A stretch of 64,000 nt of DNA, from NCBI GenBank assembly GCA_041577295.1, contig JBFGJG010000011.1, positions 1 through 64,000 on the forward strand, read 5' to 3'. The DNA comes from Gemmatimonadales bacterium. GTDB lineage: Bacteria; Gemmatimonadota; Gemmatimonadetes; Gemmatimonadales; GWC2-71-9. Below, piece after piece: positions 38,080 to 47,384 of this stretch. The notes under the pieces were generated by a model. That model saw nothing but the letters and a program-made list of their open reading frames with translations. It was not told the DNA's origin and did not search any database. Within the stretch, counting starts at the first letter, position 1. The number at the start of each line of letters is the position of its first letter. The position numbers were made by a program, and so were the translations under genes.

Positions 38080-38871
38080 TCAGATGATGCTACGAATGAA
38101 GCCACCGTCGATCGGGAGGGCGACGCCGGTAATGTAGCTTGCCTGTTCCGACACGAGGAATGCCACCACCGCGGCAAGCTCTTCCGGCCGTCCCATCCGT
38201 CCGATGGGGATGTCGAGCACGAGTCTCTCTTCGACTTCATCTTCGGATCGTCGCGTCCTCACCGCCTGCCGCCGCAGCAAGTCCGCCAACCGATCGGTGT
38301 GCATGTATCCAGGACAGATGGCGTTGACCGTGATTCCATCGGGTGCCACCTGATCCGCCAACGACTTCGAGAATCCCAGCACACCAGCGCGCGCGGTGGT
38401 CGAGAGCATCAATCCCTCGAGCGGTTGCCGAGCCGCGATGCTGGTCAGACAGACGATGCGGCCCCACTGCGCGCGTCGCATGATGGGCACGGCTGCGCGA
38501 CAGAGATGGATGGTGGAGAGCAAGTTGAGGTCTAGCGCAGCCTGCCACGCGTCCGCTGGCAGATCCTCAAATGAAGCGGTGGGTGGTCCGCCGGCGTTGC
38601 AGACCAGGATGTCGACTCTGCCGAAATGATGGCGGACCCGATCTACCAGATTGGCTGCCTGTTCGATATCGCTGACGTCAGCGATAAAGCTTTCGACATC
38701 ACCAGCCGCATGGCGCGCGACGACCGGAAGCGCCTTAGCCAGCCGCTCTTCATCGCGACCGTTCAACGCAACGCGACAGCCCTCCTCCGCCAGCGTGGTC
38801 GCGATCGCGAGACCGAGCCCGCTCGACGACCCCGCGACGAGTGCAACTTTGCCCGCGATTCTCAAGTCCAT
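38080..38871 (-). CDS. SDR family oxidoreductase
   Basis: MDLRIAGKVALVAGSSSGLG, NAGGPP, VNAICPG, ASYITG. Confidence 0.9.
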   Translation of the reverse strand: MDLRIAGKVALVAGSSSGLGLAIATTLAEEGCRVALNGRDEERLAKALPVVARHAAGDVESFIADVSDIEQAANLVDRVRHHFGRVDILVCNAGGPPTASFEDLPADAWQAALDLNLLSTIHLCRAAVPIMRRAQWGRIVCLTSIAARQPLEGLMLSTTARAGVLGFSKSLADQVAPDGITVNAICPGYMHTDRLADLLRRQAVRTRRSEDEVEERLVLDIPIGRMGRPEELAAVVAFLVSEQASYITGVALPIDGGFIRSII

Positions 38872-39125
38872 TTGCACACTCCGCGGTTTTGGTGACCCCT
38901 CCCGCCATTCTCGCTCCCGCCGATGCGAGAGGGTCGCGTGATGAAGACTGTGGTGCGGTGTAACACCTGGGGATCGCCGGTCGCAATTTGTTTGTGCATC
39001 TGAGCGGCGGCAAGTGTGAGCGGGAGGAGCGTGCGTTCGCGACAAACGACGCAAAAAAACTATTGCATGTTCGTTTGCTATCTATAATATTCGCAGCGTC
39101 TTGAATCACTTGTGGAGTATCGTGC

Positions 39126-40724
39126 ATGTCAGTAACACGGCGTGAATTCGTTCGGCGAACGTCGCTGACGGCCTCCGCGCTCGCGGCGGTGCACGCTCGT
39201 GGTCTCTCGGCATCACCGGTTTACACGCCACAAGGCGATGCCTCGATCAAGGCGTTGTGCATGTTTGCGCTCGACGCCGCACGCACCGCCGGTGCGTCAT
39301 ACGCCGACATTCGTGTGAGTCGCGTGCGCCATCAGTCCGTTGGCACCCGCGAAAGCCGGATTACGGATCTAGTGGATGACGAGACATTTGGGGCCGGTGT
39401 CCGCGTCCTGGTGGGCAATGCGTGGGGGTTCGCCGCGAGCCGTATCGTCACGCGGCAAGAATGCATTCGCTTGGCCCGCGCCGCTGTCGGGCAAGCGCAA
39501 GCCCATCAGCGTGCCGCAAAGCGTCCCATCGTGTTGGCCCCCGTCGATGCGTATCCGGACGCGGTGTGGCAGACGCCCGTGCGTCACGATCCGTTCGACG
39601 TCCCCATCGAGGACAAGGTGGATCTCTTGTTGGAGGCAAATGGGGAGGCCCTCAAAGTTCGTGGGGCCCGCTTTGTGAGCTCCTCCCTATCCCTCGTGCG
39701 GATGGAGACCACGTTTGCGTCAACCCAGGGCTCCGTGATCGTGCAAACGCTCTACCGCACGTATCCCCAGCTCTCGGTGACGGCGGTGGCGCCCGATTTT
39801 TCCGATTTTGCCACGCGCACATCGGCCGAGGTCGCACCGATGGGTATGGGGTATGAACACGTCGAGGCGGCCGACCTCGTCGGTCAGGCGCCGCGGTGGG
39901 CGGAGGAAGCCGTCCAAAAACTCACAGCCAAGCCGGTGGAGCCGGGTCAATACGATCTGATTCTGGATCCGTCCCACCTATTCCTGACGATTCACGAAAG
40001 CATAGGACATCCCACCGAACTCGATCGGGCGCTCGGATATGAGGCAAACTACGCGGGTACCTCTTTCCTCGCGCCGCCCGAAGCCGTAATCGGCAGACTC
40101 CGCTTTGGTCCCGAGTTCATGAACGTGCAGGGAGACCGAACGCAGATGGGCGCGCTGGCAACGGTGGCCTGGGACGATGAAGGGGTTCCGGCGGACAGCT
40201 GGCCGATCATCAAGGACGGGGTGTTCGTCGACTACCAGACGACCCGCGAGCAAGCGGCGTGGATCTCGAATCTCACCGGGACGACTCGCTCACACGGATG
40301 TTCGTATGCCTCGTCGTGGGACCGTATCCAGTTCCAGCGGATGCCCAATGTCTCGCTGCTGCCGGGTGTGGACGATTTGGACCTCGACGATCTGATCTCG
40401 GCGACTGACCGGGGTATTCTGATCTCCGGACGTGGGTCGTATAGCATCGATCAGCAGCGCTACAACTTTCAGTTTGGCGGGCAGGTATTCCATGAAGTGC
40501 GCGGCGGTAAGGTGGTTGGGATGCTGCGTGATGTGGCTTACCAAGGTCGGACGGTGAATTTCTGGAACTCGATGGACATGCTCGGTGGGCCGAAGAGCTA
40601 TCGCTTGGGCGGAACCTTCTTTGACGGGAAAGGGCAACCATCACAGTCCAACGCCGTGAGCCATGGCTGCCCACCGGCGCGCTTCCGTGGTGCCACCGTC
40701 ATCAATACGGGACGAGGCGAGTGA
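39126..40724 (+). CDS. tldD: TldD-family metalloprotease with twin-arginine signal
   Basis: N-terminal TRREFV; HESIGHPTELDR, DDEGV, RMPNVSL, GKGQP, SHGCP. Confidence 0.88.
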   Translation: MSVTRREFVRRTSLTASALAAVHARGLSASPVYTPQGDASIKALCMFALDAARTAGASYADIRVSRVRHQSVGTRESRITDLVDDETFGAGVRVLVGNAWGFAASRIVTRQECIRLARAAVGQAQAHQRAAKRPIVLAPVDAYPDAVWQTPVRHDPFDVPIEDKVDLLLEANGEALKVRGARFVSSSLSLVRMETTFASTQGSVIVQTLYRTYPQLSVTAVAPDFSDFATRTSAEVAPMGMGYEHVEAADLVGQAPRWAEEAVQKLTAKPVEPGQYDLILDPSHLFLTIHESIGHPTELDRALGYEANYAGTSFLAPPEAVIGRLRFGPEFMNVQGDRTQMGALATVAWDDEGVPADSWPIIKDGVFVDYQTTREQAAWISNLTGTTRSHGCSYASSWDRIQFQRMPNVSLLPGVDDLDLDDLISATDRGILISGRGSYSIDQQRYNFQFGGQVFHEVRGGKVVGMLRDVAYQGRTVNFWNSMDMLGGPKSYRLGGTFFDGKGQPSQSNAVSHGCPPARFRGATVINTGRGE

Positions 40725-42085
40725 CCCAAGAGGCCGTCGAGCAGGTCGTTTCCGAAGCCGCAGCGCGTGAGCTCTGTCAGCGGGTTCTGAGTCAGGCAAC
40801 GGTGGACGGTGCGGAGGTACGTGTCGAATCGGTCGTGGAGGGGAACGCGCGGTTTGCTGGCAATCGGATCACGACCGCCGCCGATGTCATCGATGCCGTC
40901 GTGACGGTCACAGCACGAGTGGGTCAGCGCAGCGCTGCCGTCACTTTCAACACGGTGGACGACGATGGGCCCGCCAACGCCGTTGCCCGCGCTGAGCAGT
41001 TGGCCCGCATCGCTCCGGAAGATCCCGAGATGATGCCGCTCCTTCCACAACAATCCACCGCACCAGTTCCCGCCTTCTTCGACGAGACGGCGAACCTGGA
41101 TTCCGCAGCTCGGACCGACGCCGTCGCCTCCGCCATTGCACGCGCGGAGACGGCCGAACTCGTCGCGAGTGGGTTTTTGCAGCATCGGGCCCGGGCCTTC
41201 GCCGTTGCGAACACTGCGGGACTTTTCGTCTATCATCGGTCGACCGAAGCATCGTTCACTACCACGGTGCGCACGGCGGATGGGCAGGGCTCGGGTTGGG
41301 CCGGCGGGACCCACAATGACTGGCAGCGCATTGCGCCAGCGGCAGAGCTTGCAGACCGTGCTGTTGACAAAGCCCGCGGCAGTACTGATACGGTCGGCAT
41401 CGAACCTGGCAGTCATACGGTGGTGCTGGAGCCGACGGCGGTCGGCAACCTCACACAGCTCTTGGCGTTCGCAATGGACGCCCGAGACGCGGATGAGGGG
41501 CGGTCGTTTTTCTCGAAGCGCGGGGGTGGAAATCGGATCGGCGAGCGCGTGGCGGACGAGCGTGTCACCATACTCTCCGACCCGCAAGATCCCGACCTGC
41601 TCGAGCAGCCCTTTGCCAGCGAGGGTCTTCCCGTCAGCCGTACCGTGTGGATCGAGAACGGAGTGTTACGGAATCTGGCATACAGTCGCTATTGGGCTGC
41701 TAAACAGGGCAAACAACCGGTACCGATCGGTGGGGGAATCAAGGTGAGTGGTGGCACTGGCTCGGTAACGGATTTGGTTGCGACGGTCGAACGCGGACTA
41801 TTGGTAACGCGCTTCTGGTACATTCGCGCGGTGGACAGGCGAACGCTCCTGTTTACCGGTCTCACGCGAGACGGGACGTTCCTGATCGAGAATGGGCAGA
41901 TCACCCGTGCGGTCAAGAATCTCCGCTTCAATGAAAGCCCAATCGCCATGTTTAATAACGTGGTGACCATGGGAGCACCCGTGCGGGTGGTTGCGTCCGA
42001 GTCCGGAGGGCTTGGCGCGACGGTCGTGGTTCCACCGATCGTGGTCCGCGGATTTCGGTTCACCGCGGTGTCGGATGCCGTGTAA
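40721..42085 (+). CDS. TldE/PmbA-family partner subunit
   Basis: RFAGNRIT, VVLEPTAV, RFWYIR, TGLTRDGTFLIENG, NLRFNES; no HExxxH; coupled to tldD. Confidence 0.87.
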   Translation: MTQEAVEQVVSEAAARELCQRVLSQATVDGAEVRVESVVEGNARFAGNRITTAADVIDAVVTVTARVGQRSAAVTFNTVDDDGPANAVARAEQLARIAPEDPEMMPLLPQQSTAPVPAFFDETANLDSAARTDAVASAIARAETAELVASGFLQHRARAFAVANTAGLFVYHRSTEASFTTTVRTADGQGSGWAGGTHNDWQRIAPAAELADRAVDKARGSTDTVGIEPGSHTVVLEPTAVGNLTQLLAFAMDARDADEGRSFFSKRGGGNRIGERVADERVTILSDPQDPDLLEQPFASEGLPVSRTVWIENGVLRNLAYSRYWAAKQGKQPVPIGGGIKVSGGTGSVTDLVATVERGLLVTRFWYIRAVDRRTLLFTGLTRDGTFLIENGQITRAVKNLRFNESPIAMFNNVVTMGAPVRVVASESGGLGATVVVPPIVVRGFRFTAVSDAV

Positions 42086-42095
42086 CGGCACAGTG

Positions 42096-42188
42096 CCGGC
42101 CCTTGGGCCGGTGAAGCGAGAGCGAAGCGAAGTGAATTTGAGCGGCCCGAGGCCGCTCACCACCGGGCCTACCCCGCCGGGGTAGGCC
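42096..42188. repeat. Three tandem perfect GC-rich inverted repeats
   Basis: CCGGCCC-tt-GGGCCGG; TGAGCGGCC-cga-GGCCGCTCA; GGCCTACCCC-gcc-GGGGTAGGCC. Confidence 0.75.
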
Positions 42189-42213
42189 ATCACCCACACC
42201 AGGAGGCAGGCGT

Positions 42214-42390
42214 ATGCCAGCCAAGAGAAGAAGGACATCGCGCTCGCGGGCGACGGCGAAAGCCACGCCCAGGCGACGCACCACGGCGCGCCGACGCACG
42301 ACCAAAAAGGCAGCGAAGCGTCGCACGACGAAGCGTCGCGCAACCGCCAAGAAGGCGACCAAGAAGGCAGCGCGTAGGAAACGCCGCTAG
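42214..42390 (+). CDS. Small very basic protamine/histone-H1-like protein, 58 aa (not in ORF track)
   Basis: AGGAGG at 42201-42206; MPAKRRRTSRSRATAKATPRRRTTARRRTTKKAAKRRTTKRRATAKKATKKAARRKRR*. Confidence 0.8.
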   Translation: MPAKRRRTSRSRATAKATPRRRTTARRRTTKKAAKRRTTKRRATAKKATKKAARRKRR

Positions 42391-42463
42391 CATTCGCGGA
42401 ATCCTTCACTTGTTGCACTGGGGTCGGCACGCTGCCGACCCCGCAACATTTGTGGGGGTGTGG

Positions 42464-43273
42464 TTACGGCCGGATGGCGAGAAAGCCGTGTGCCTTGGTG
42501 GTGTCCCGTGGCGGATCGATCTTCCAGTCACCATAACAGGCACGCAACACGTCAAACGAGAGGCCGTGTTCCGAAGTGGTGTGACCGCTGGGAAGTAGTA
42601 CGTGGACACCGTTCGGTTTGGTCCGAGCCTTGAGCGTGTCGAGAAACCGGTGACGAGCAGCGCGACCCAGGGCATTCAACGTTGCGGGGTCGAGCACAGC
42701 GAGCGTTGGGCTCACGTCAGGAAACCAGTCTCCGAGACTCACGACCAACGCTTGGAAGCGCCGCGCCAACGCCTCCCCCGCAGCCTGTGACTCCGCCGAC
42801 TCGACCGAGGTCAGGGCGCCGTCGATGAACACCACCTGCCAATCGTGCGCGGCGAGATACAACGCCGCCGGGGTGGCATGCGCCCCGACCACCAATGCGA
42901 CGGCGTCCTCGTCGAATCCCTCAGCGAGCCACACGAGCGGAGACGTTCGATCCAGCCCCCAGTGCGTCGGTTCGCGCTGCGCGCGTCGTAGGCGGACATG
43001 CCGGTCACGCCAGCGGCGAAACGTCGGGAGGTTGAGGCGGCGCGTGATCAGGCGGTCCACGTGCTCCAGCACCAGCACCTCCGTGAGAACCAGCTGACCT
43101 TCTGGCCCGACCTCGAGTTCCCGCACGGCCTCATCTGCCAGTGCCAACAACTCCTCACGGGTCAGTTGGTCCTTGAACTCCTCGATGCGCTCGAGAATGA
43201 ACTCCCCGTACTCCTGGCGGAGCGACAGCTGCGGCCGTAGACGGCTTCTTCGACGTTGCGGTTCCGTCAGCAC
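42464..43273 (-). CDS. Hypothetical protein; C-terminal half resembles a degenerate class I methyltransferase fold
   Basis: Helical N-terminus; ALVVGA...ALYLAAHDWQVVFID...TKPNGVHVL pattern. Confidence 0.6.
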   Translation of the reverse strand: MLTEPQRRRSRLRPQLSLRQEYGEFILERIEEFKDQLTREELLALADEAVRELEVGPEGQLVLTEVLVLEHVDRLITRRLNLPTFRRWRDRHVRLRRAQREPTHWGLDRTSPLVWLAEGFDEDAVALVVGAHATPAALYLAAHDWQVVFIDGALTSVESAESQAAGEALARRFQALVVSLGDWFPDVSPTLAVLDPATLNALGRAARHRFLDTLKARTKPNGVHVLLPSGHTTSEHGLSFDVLRACYGDWKIDPPRDTTKAHGFLAIRP

Positions 43274-44145
43274 GGTTCGATATGCACGATGACTTGATGG
43301 ATCCGGAGTTCCTTGCGGAGCTGGGACTCAACGGCGTCTGCTATTTCGTGCGCCGATTCCACGCTTTTTCCGCCATCAACGGCGATCGTGAGCTCTGCAA
43401 ACCGCTGATCATGAGACTCCCGCGAGCGGATATCGTAAGCACGAACCACACCGTGTACTGTCTCAGCCGCCGCACGAATGTCGTCGGACGGTGCCGCGTG
43501 TTGATCGACGAGAACCGGGATGGACTGCCGGATGATACCGTAGGCAAGCCACACGATCACGCCGGCAACGATGAGGGCGACCAGCGGATCGGCTGACCCA
43601 AACCCAGCCCGTGACGACAAAACGCCCACCAACACGCCGATCGTGATGAAGACGTCAGCCTTGGTGTGAGCGGCATCGGCCAGCAAGATCTCGCTGTTCA
43701 ACTCTCGCCCTTTGCGGGATTCATAAACGGCCACGACGGTGTTGATGGCGAGTGTTGCGACCAGCAGTCCGATGTGAGTGTTGCTGATACGTAACGGCTC
43801 GGCGCCGGAGAGCAACCGTATCACGGCGCCTTTCACGAGCTCGAATCCACTCACAGAGAGAAAGACCACGATGGCGAGTGCGCCGAGTGTTTCGAACTTG
43901 CCGTGCCCGTAGGGGTGATCTTCGTCTGGCTCACGGGCGGCGAACCACATCACCGTGAGTGCCAGCACGTTGTTCATCGCATCCACCGAGGAGTGCACCC
44001 CGTCCCCGAGCACGGCGAGGGAGCCCGAGGCGGTGCCAATCACAAACTTGGCCCCCACGACGGCCAGGTTGGCGACGAGGAGGCCGAGCAGGACCCGCTG
44101 AATCTTGGCGAAGCGATCGCGCGGGCTCGCGCGTAGGGAGGCCAT
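43267..44145 (-). CDS. Cation diffusion facilitator transporter (FieF-like)
   Basis: GSLAVLGDGVHSSVD, PDEDHPYGHGKFE, ADAAHTKAD, AHEIADAVE, VHIEP. Confidence 0.93.
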   Translation of the reverse strand: MASLRASPRDRFAKIQRVLLGLLVANLAVVGAKFVIGTASGSLAVLGDGVHSSVDAMNNVLALTVMWFAAREPDEDHPYGHGKFETLGALAIVVFLSVSGFELVKGAVIRLLSGAEPLRISNTHIGLLVATLAINTVVAVYESRKGRELNSEILLADAAHTKADVFITIGVLVGVLSSRAGFGSADPLVALIVAGVIVWLAYGIIRQSIPVLVDQHAAPSDDIRAAAETVHGVVRAYDIRSRESHDQRFAELTIAVDGGKSVESAHEIADAVESQLRKELRIHQVIVHIEPC

Positions 44146-44211
44146 GTTGACTGCAAGCTGACCGCACCCTGGTGCAGTGTCAACGTTTGGATCACCCCAT
44201 GAAAGCAGGAC

Positions 44212-44240
44212 TTGCACTTATTTAGACTCTTAACTAAATA
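44212..44240 (+). promoter_or_regulatory. Promoter/operator of the ArsR-SdpI unit
   Basis: TTGCAC-N17-TAAATA, overlapped by the palindrome TATTTAG-N8-CTAAATA (44219-44240). Confidence 0.7.
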
Positions 44241-44247
44241 TCTCACC

Positions 44248-44520
44248 ATGCGAGACGGCGTCTTCCGAGCCCTGGCGGATCCCACCCGGCGGCGGATCCT
44301 CGAGCTGCTCGCCGAGCGCGACCGTACTGCGGGCGAGCTGGCGCGCGAGTTTCCGATCGCGTTCGCCTCGGTTTCGCACCACCTCGGTGTGCTCAAGACG
44401 GCTAGGCTCGTAGCAACGGAGCGCGAGGGTCAGCACATCCGGTATCGTCTCGACACGACGGTGTTTCAGGAGACCGTACGGTATCTGATGGAACGTTTTG
44501 GAGGAGATGCACATGCGTAG
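44248..44520 (+). CDS. ArsR/SmtB-family repressor (SdpR-like)
   Basis: VFRALADPTRRRILELL, SVSHHLGVLK, YRLDTTVFQE; upstream of an SdpI gene. Confidence 0.9.
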   Translation: MRDGVFRALADPTRRRILELLAERDRTAGELAREFPIAFASVSHHLGVLKTARLVATEREGQHIRYRLDTTVFQETVRYLMERFGGDAHA

Positions 44521-45169
44521 TCGTTGGTTGGGCTTGATCGCGATCGTCGCGGCTGGAGGATTCTCGCTCTGGGCGTTCCCACAGCTGCCGGCCGAAGTGC
44601 CGACACACTGGAATGTGCGGGGCGAGCCCGACGACTACTCATCGCGGCTGTTCGCCAGCCTGCTGTTCCCCGGCATCATGCTCGGGCTGTGGGCGCTCGC
44701 GCAGGTCTTGCCGTCAATCGATCCAAAGCGAAGAAACTACGCGTCCTTCATGGACACGTACTGGCTCTTCGTAAACGGCACTCTCCTCTTTCTCACAGCC
44801 GTGCACGTTGTGATGCTGGGGGCCGCTCTGGGATGGAACATCGACATCCCGCGCGTCATCCCGGTTGGAATTGGTCTCCTGCTCGTGGTGATTGGCAACT
44901 ACCTGAGCCGGGTCCAGCCAAACTGGTTTGTGGGGATTCGCACGCCGTGGACCTTATCGAGCGAAGCCGTATGGCGCAGGACCCATCGGACGGGCGGCTG
45001 GGTGTTCGTCATTGGCGGCCTGATGATGATTGGACTCGCCTTTCTTCCCAAGGTGACCACCGTGCCGCTCCTCGCCGCCATCGTGCTGTTGGTGGCCGCC
45101 GTACCCATCGTGCAGTCCTATCTGCTCTGGCGAAAAGAGCAACAGGTTGGCGGCACGAAGACGACGTAG
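44513..45169 (+). CDS. SdpI-family immunity membrane protein (DUF1648 + SdpI)
   Basis: LPAEVPTHWN, IDPKRRNY, IGNYL, NWFVGIRTPWTLSSEAVWRRTHR. Confidence 0.9.
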   Translation: MRSRWLGLIAIVAAGGFSLWAFPQLPAEVPTHWNVRGEPDDYSSRLFASLLFPGIMLGLWALAQVLPSIDPKRRNYASFMDTYWLFVNGTLLFLTAVHVVMLGAALGWNIDIPRVIPVGIGLLLVVIGNYLSRVQPNWFVGIRTPWTLSSEAVWRRTHRTGGWVFVIGGLMMIGLAFLPKVTTVPLLAAIVLLVAAVPIVQSYLLWRKEQQVGGTKTT

Positions 45170-46330
45170 TCATCGTGCCCGCACGAGTGCTCCCTTTAGG
45201 TAGCCAGTCTCCGGGATGGTGAGGACTTCCGGGTGATCCAATGCCTGGCCCACGACACGCTCGAGCACGAGCTCGCGCCTACTGTCGGCAGCCGCCTGCG
45301 TCAACATGTGCAGGAAGCCAGATTTGTCGAGGTGGAACGAGCACGAGCACGTCAACAGGATTCCTCCCGGAGCAAGCAGTCTGGCAGCGCGGAGATTGAT
45401 CTCCTTGTACGCCCGCACGGCGCGGGGCAGAGAGGCGCGCTGTTTGGCAAACGCCGGTGGGTCGAGCACGACCGTGTCAAACCGCTCACCAGCTCGCTCC
45501 AATTGACGCAACAGGTCGAACACGTTGCTCTCGACCCAGTCGATGTTGTGCCGGTTGTTCCGCTCGGCGTTCCTTCGGGCGACCTCGAGGGCGGGACCGC
45601 TCGAGTCCGCGGCCATCACCGTATCCGCACGACCGGCCATGTGAAGCGCAAAGAGCCCGTGATAGGTGAAGAGGTCCAAAGCACGCCCCCGAGCGCGCCG
45701 CGCCATGCGCATCCGGTTCTCGCGTTGATCCAGGAAGGCCCCCGTCTTTTGCCCGGTTCGCATTGCGACTTGGTAGTGCACCGAGCCCTCCCGCACGACC
45801 ACCTCGTCGGGAATTTGGCCGCCGGCATTCTCAATCTCCAGCGGAAGTTCTTCGTGTTTTCGGACCGATACATCGTTCCTGAGCAGGATACCCGCGGGCT
45901 CGATCACCTCGGCGATAGCCGCGAGGACATCGGCCCGCCGGGCCTCGAGGCCCGCCGACAGAAGTTGCACGACCACATGCTCGCCGTATCGGTCCACGAC
46001 CAGCGATGGAAGACCGTCCGCCTCGGCATGGACCAAACGGTAGGCTGTTGCGTCGAGCTCTCGTTCCCCTCTTCGGCGCACCGCTGCCCGAATGCGGTCG
46101 CGCCACCAGTCAGCATCGATCTCCTCATCCCGTGGCGTCAGCATGCGCACCCGGATCTCCGACCGGGGACTCCAGAGCGCTCGGCCCACGAACCGACCCC
46201 GCGGATCCACTACGGCGACGAGCCCCGCAGGCGCATCGCAAGCGGTGATATCCGACCGGTAGATCCAGGGATGCCCGGCACGCCACCGCGCACTTCCACG
46301 CGCCGTGACGGTCGCGACGTGTACGGTCAT
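45170..46330 (-). CDS. rlmI: 23S rRNA m5C1962 methyltransferase RlmI-like
   Basis: GHPWIYRSDI, RLVHAEADGLP, GQKTGAFLDQRENR, VLDPPAFAK, CSCS, PETGYLK. Confidence 0.88.
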   Translation of the reverse strand: MTVHVATVTARGSARWRAGHPWIYRSDITACDAPAGLVAVVDPRGRFVGRALWSPRSEIRVRMLTPRDEEIDADWWRDRIRAAVRRRGERELDATAYRLVHAEADGLPSLVVDRYGEHVVVQLLSAGLEARRADVLAAIAEVIEPAGILLRNDVSVRKHEELPLEIENAGGQIPDEVVVREGSVHYQVAMRTGQKTGAFLDQRENRMRMARRARGRALDLFTYHGLFALHMAGRADTVMAADSSGPALEVARRNAERNNRHNIDWVESNVFDLLRQLERAGERFDTVVLDPPAFAKQRASLPRAVRAYKEINLRAARLLAPGGILLTCSCSFHLDKSGFLHMLTQAAADSRRELVLERVVGQALDHPEVLTIPETGYLKGALVRAR

Positions 46331-46683
46331 CGATCAGGTCGCAGTCGCTGCGCCTCGTGGAGGTAGACGTGTTTGAGTTGGCTCTGGAGGAGTTCGGTGT
46401 TGACGTGTATCAGCACCCTGACGCAGCGGGGCAGGCCGCCCGGAACTGTCATTTCACATGCGCCCAACAGGGCCATGTCGGTCCATCCAAGCTCGCGTGC
46501 CGCGCGAGCAGGGTACTCGCTGGTGATATCGGCGCTCGCCGTGAAAATCACGCTGGCGATATCACCGATGTTCAGGTGGTTGGCCGCCACCATTTGCTCG
46601 AGCAGCTCCCGCGTTGCCGCGAGCACCTGCTCACTCGTATCCTCGGGGACAATCGTCGCTCCGCGAATCCCGCGAACTGGCAT
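46327..46683 (-). CDS. aroH: Chorismate mutase, AroH class
   Basis: VRGIRGAT, SVIFT, YPARAAR, LPRCVRVL, HVYL...LRPD. Confidence 0.93.
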   Translation of the reverse strand: MPVRGIRGATIVPEDTSEQVLAATRELLEQMVAANHLNIGDIASVIFTASADITSEYPARAARELGWTDMALLGACEMTVPGGLPRCVRVLIHVNTELLQSQLKHVYLHEAQRLRPDR

Positions 46684-46694
46684 TACCCTACTCC

Positions 46695-47330
46695 ATGATG
46701 CTCGATGTCAGGCTGCTCGCGATCGCCGGTCCCCCGGCGCTTCCCCTCGCGCGGCTGATTGATGGCTGCCGAGCCGCGGCCGACGGTGGCGCCACGGCGA
46801 TCCAAGTACGGCTCAAGGACGCGCCGGCCTCCACGATGCTTCATCTCGTCGAGACGCTCATCACCACCGTGGAGATCCCGGTGTACGTCAACGACCGAGC
46901 CGATGTAGCGCTCGCGGCGCGCGCGGCCGGTGTGCACCTGGGGGCCGAGGACGTGCCCGCGGCGGCAGTGCGTCGGATTGCCCCGCCGCCCTTTCGGATC
47001 GGCGTCTCCGTCGGTTCACCCGCAGAAGCTCACGACGTGCGCGACGCAGCGGTGGATTATTGGAGCGTGGGACCGATCTCCGCCACTGGCACCAAAGGCG
47101 ATGCTGGAGATCCGATCGGGATCGAGGGGTTCCGCCGGTTGGCTTCCTATGCACCGGCCACCGTTCCCGTCATCGCCATCGGGGGGATCACCGCCACCAA
47201 TGCGGGCCCGCTGTTCCTTGCCGGTGCGGCAGGCATTGCCGTAAGTGCGGCCATCTTTGCGGCCCCGGACATTCGCGCGGCGACGGCCGAACTGAGACGG
47301 GTGATTGAGGGAGTCGAAAGTAGGGGGTAG
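46695..47330 (+). CDS. thiE: Thiamine phosphate synthase
   Basis: IQVRLKD, VNDRADVA, GVHLGAED, IGVS, ATGTK, VIAIGGI. Confidence 0.9.
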   Translation: MMLDVRLLAIAGPPALPLARLIDGCRAAADGGATAIQVRLKDAPASTMLHLVETLITTVEIPVYVNDRADVALAARAAGVHLGAEDVPAAAVRRIAPPPFRIGVSVGSPAEAHDVRDAAVDYWSVGPISATGTKGDAGDPIGIEGFRRLASYAPATVPVIAIGGITATNAGPLFLAGAAGIAVSAAIFAAPDIRAATAELRRVIEGVESRG

Positions 47331-47384
47331 CAGTCGGGAGTAGGAGCAATGACGAGGGGGGCCCCTCCCCCTTCCGTCCTTTCC

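Noticed and set aside
39063..39088. TTGCAT...TATAAT as the tldD promoter
   Set aside because: The spacer is only 14 nt. The TATAAT may be real, but the pair is not supportable.
29086..45169. HTTM protein as the SdpB of an sdp toxin cluster linked to SdpR/SdpI
   Set aside because: The genes are about 14 kb apart, no SdpA or SdpC-like precursor is present, and the HTTM protein looks gamma-carboxylase-like.
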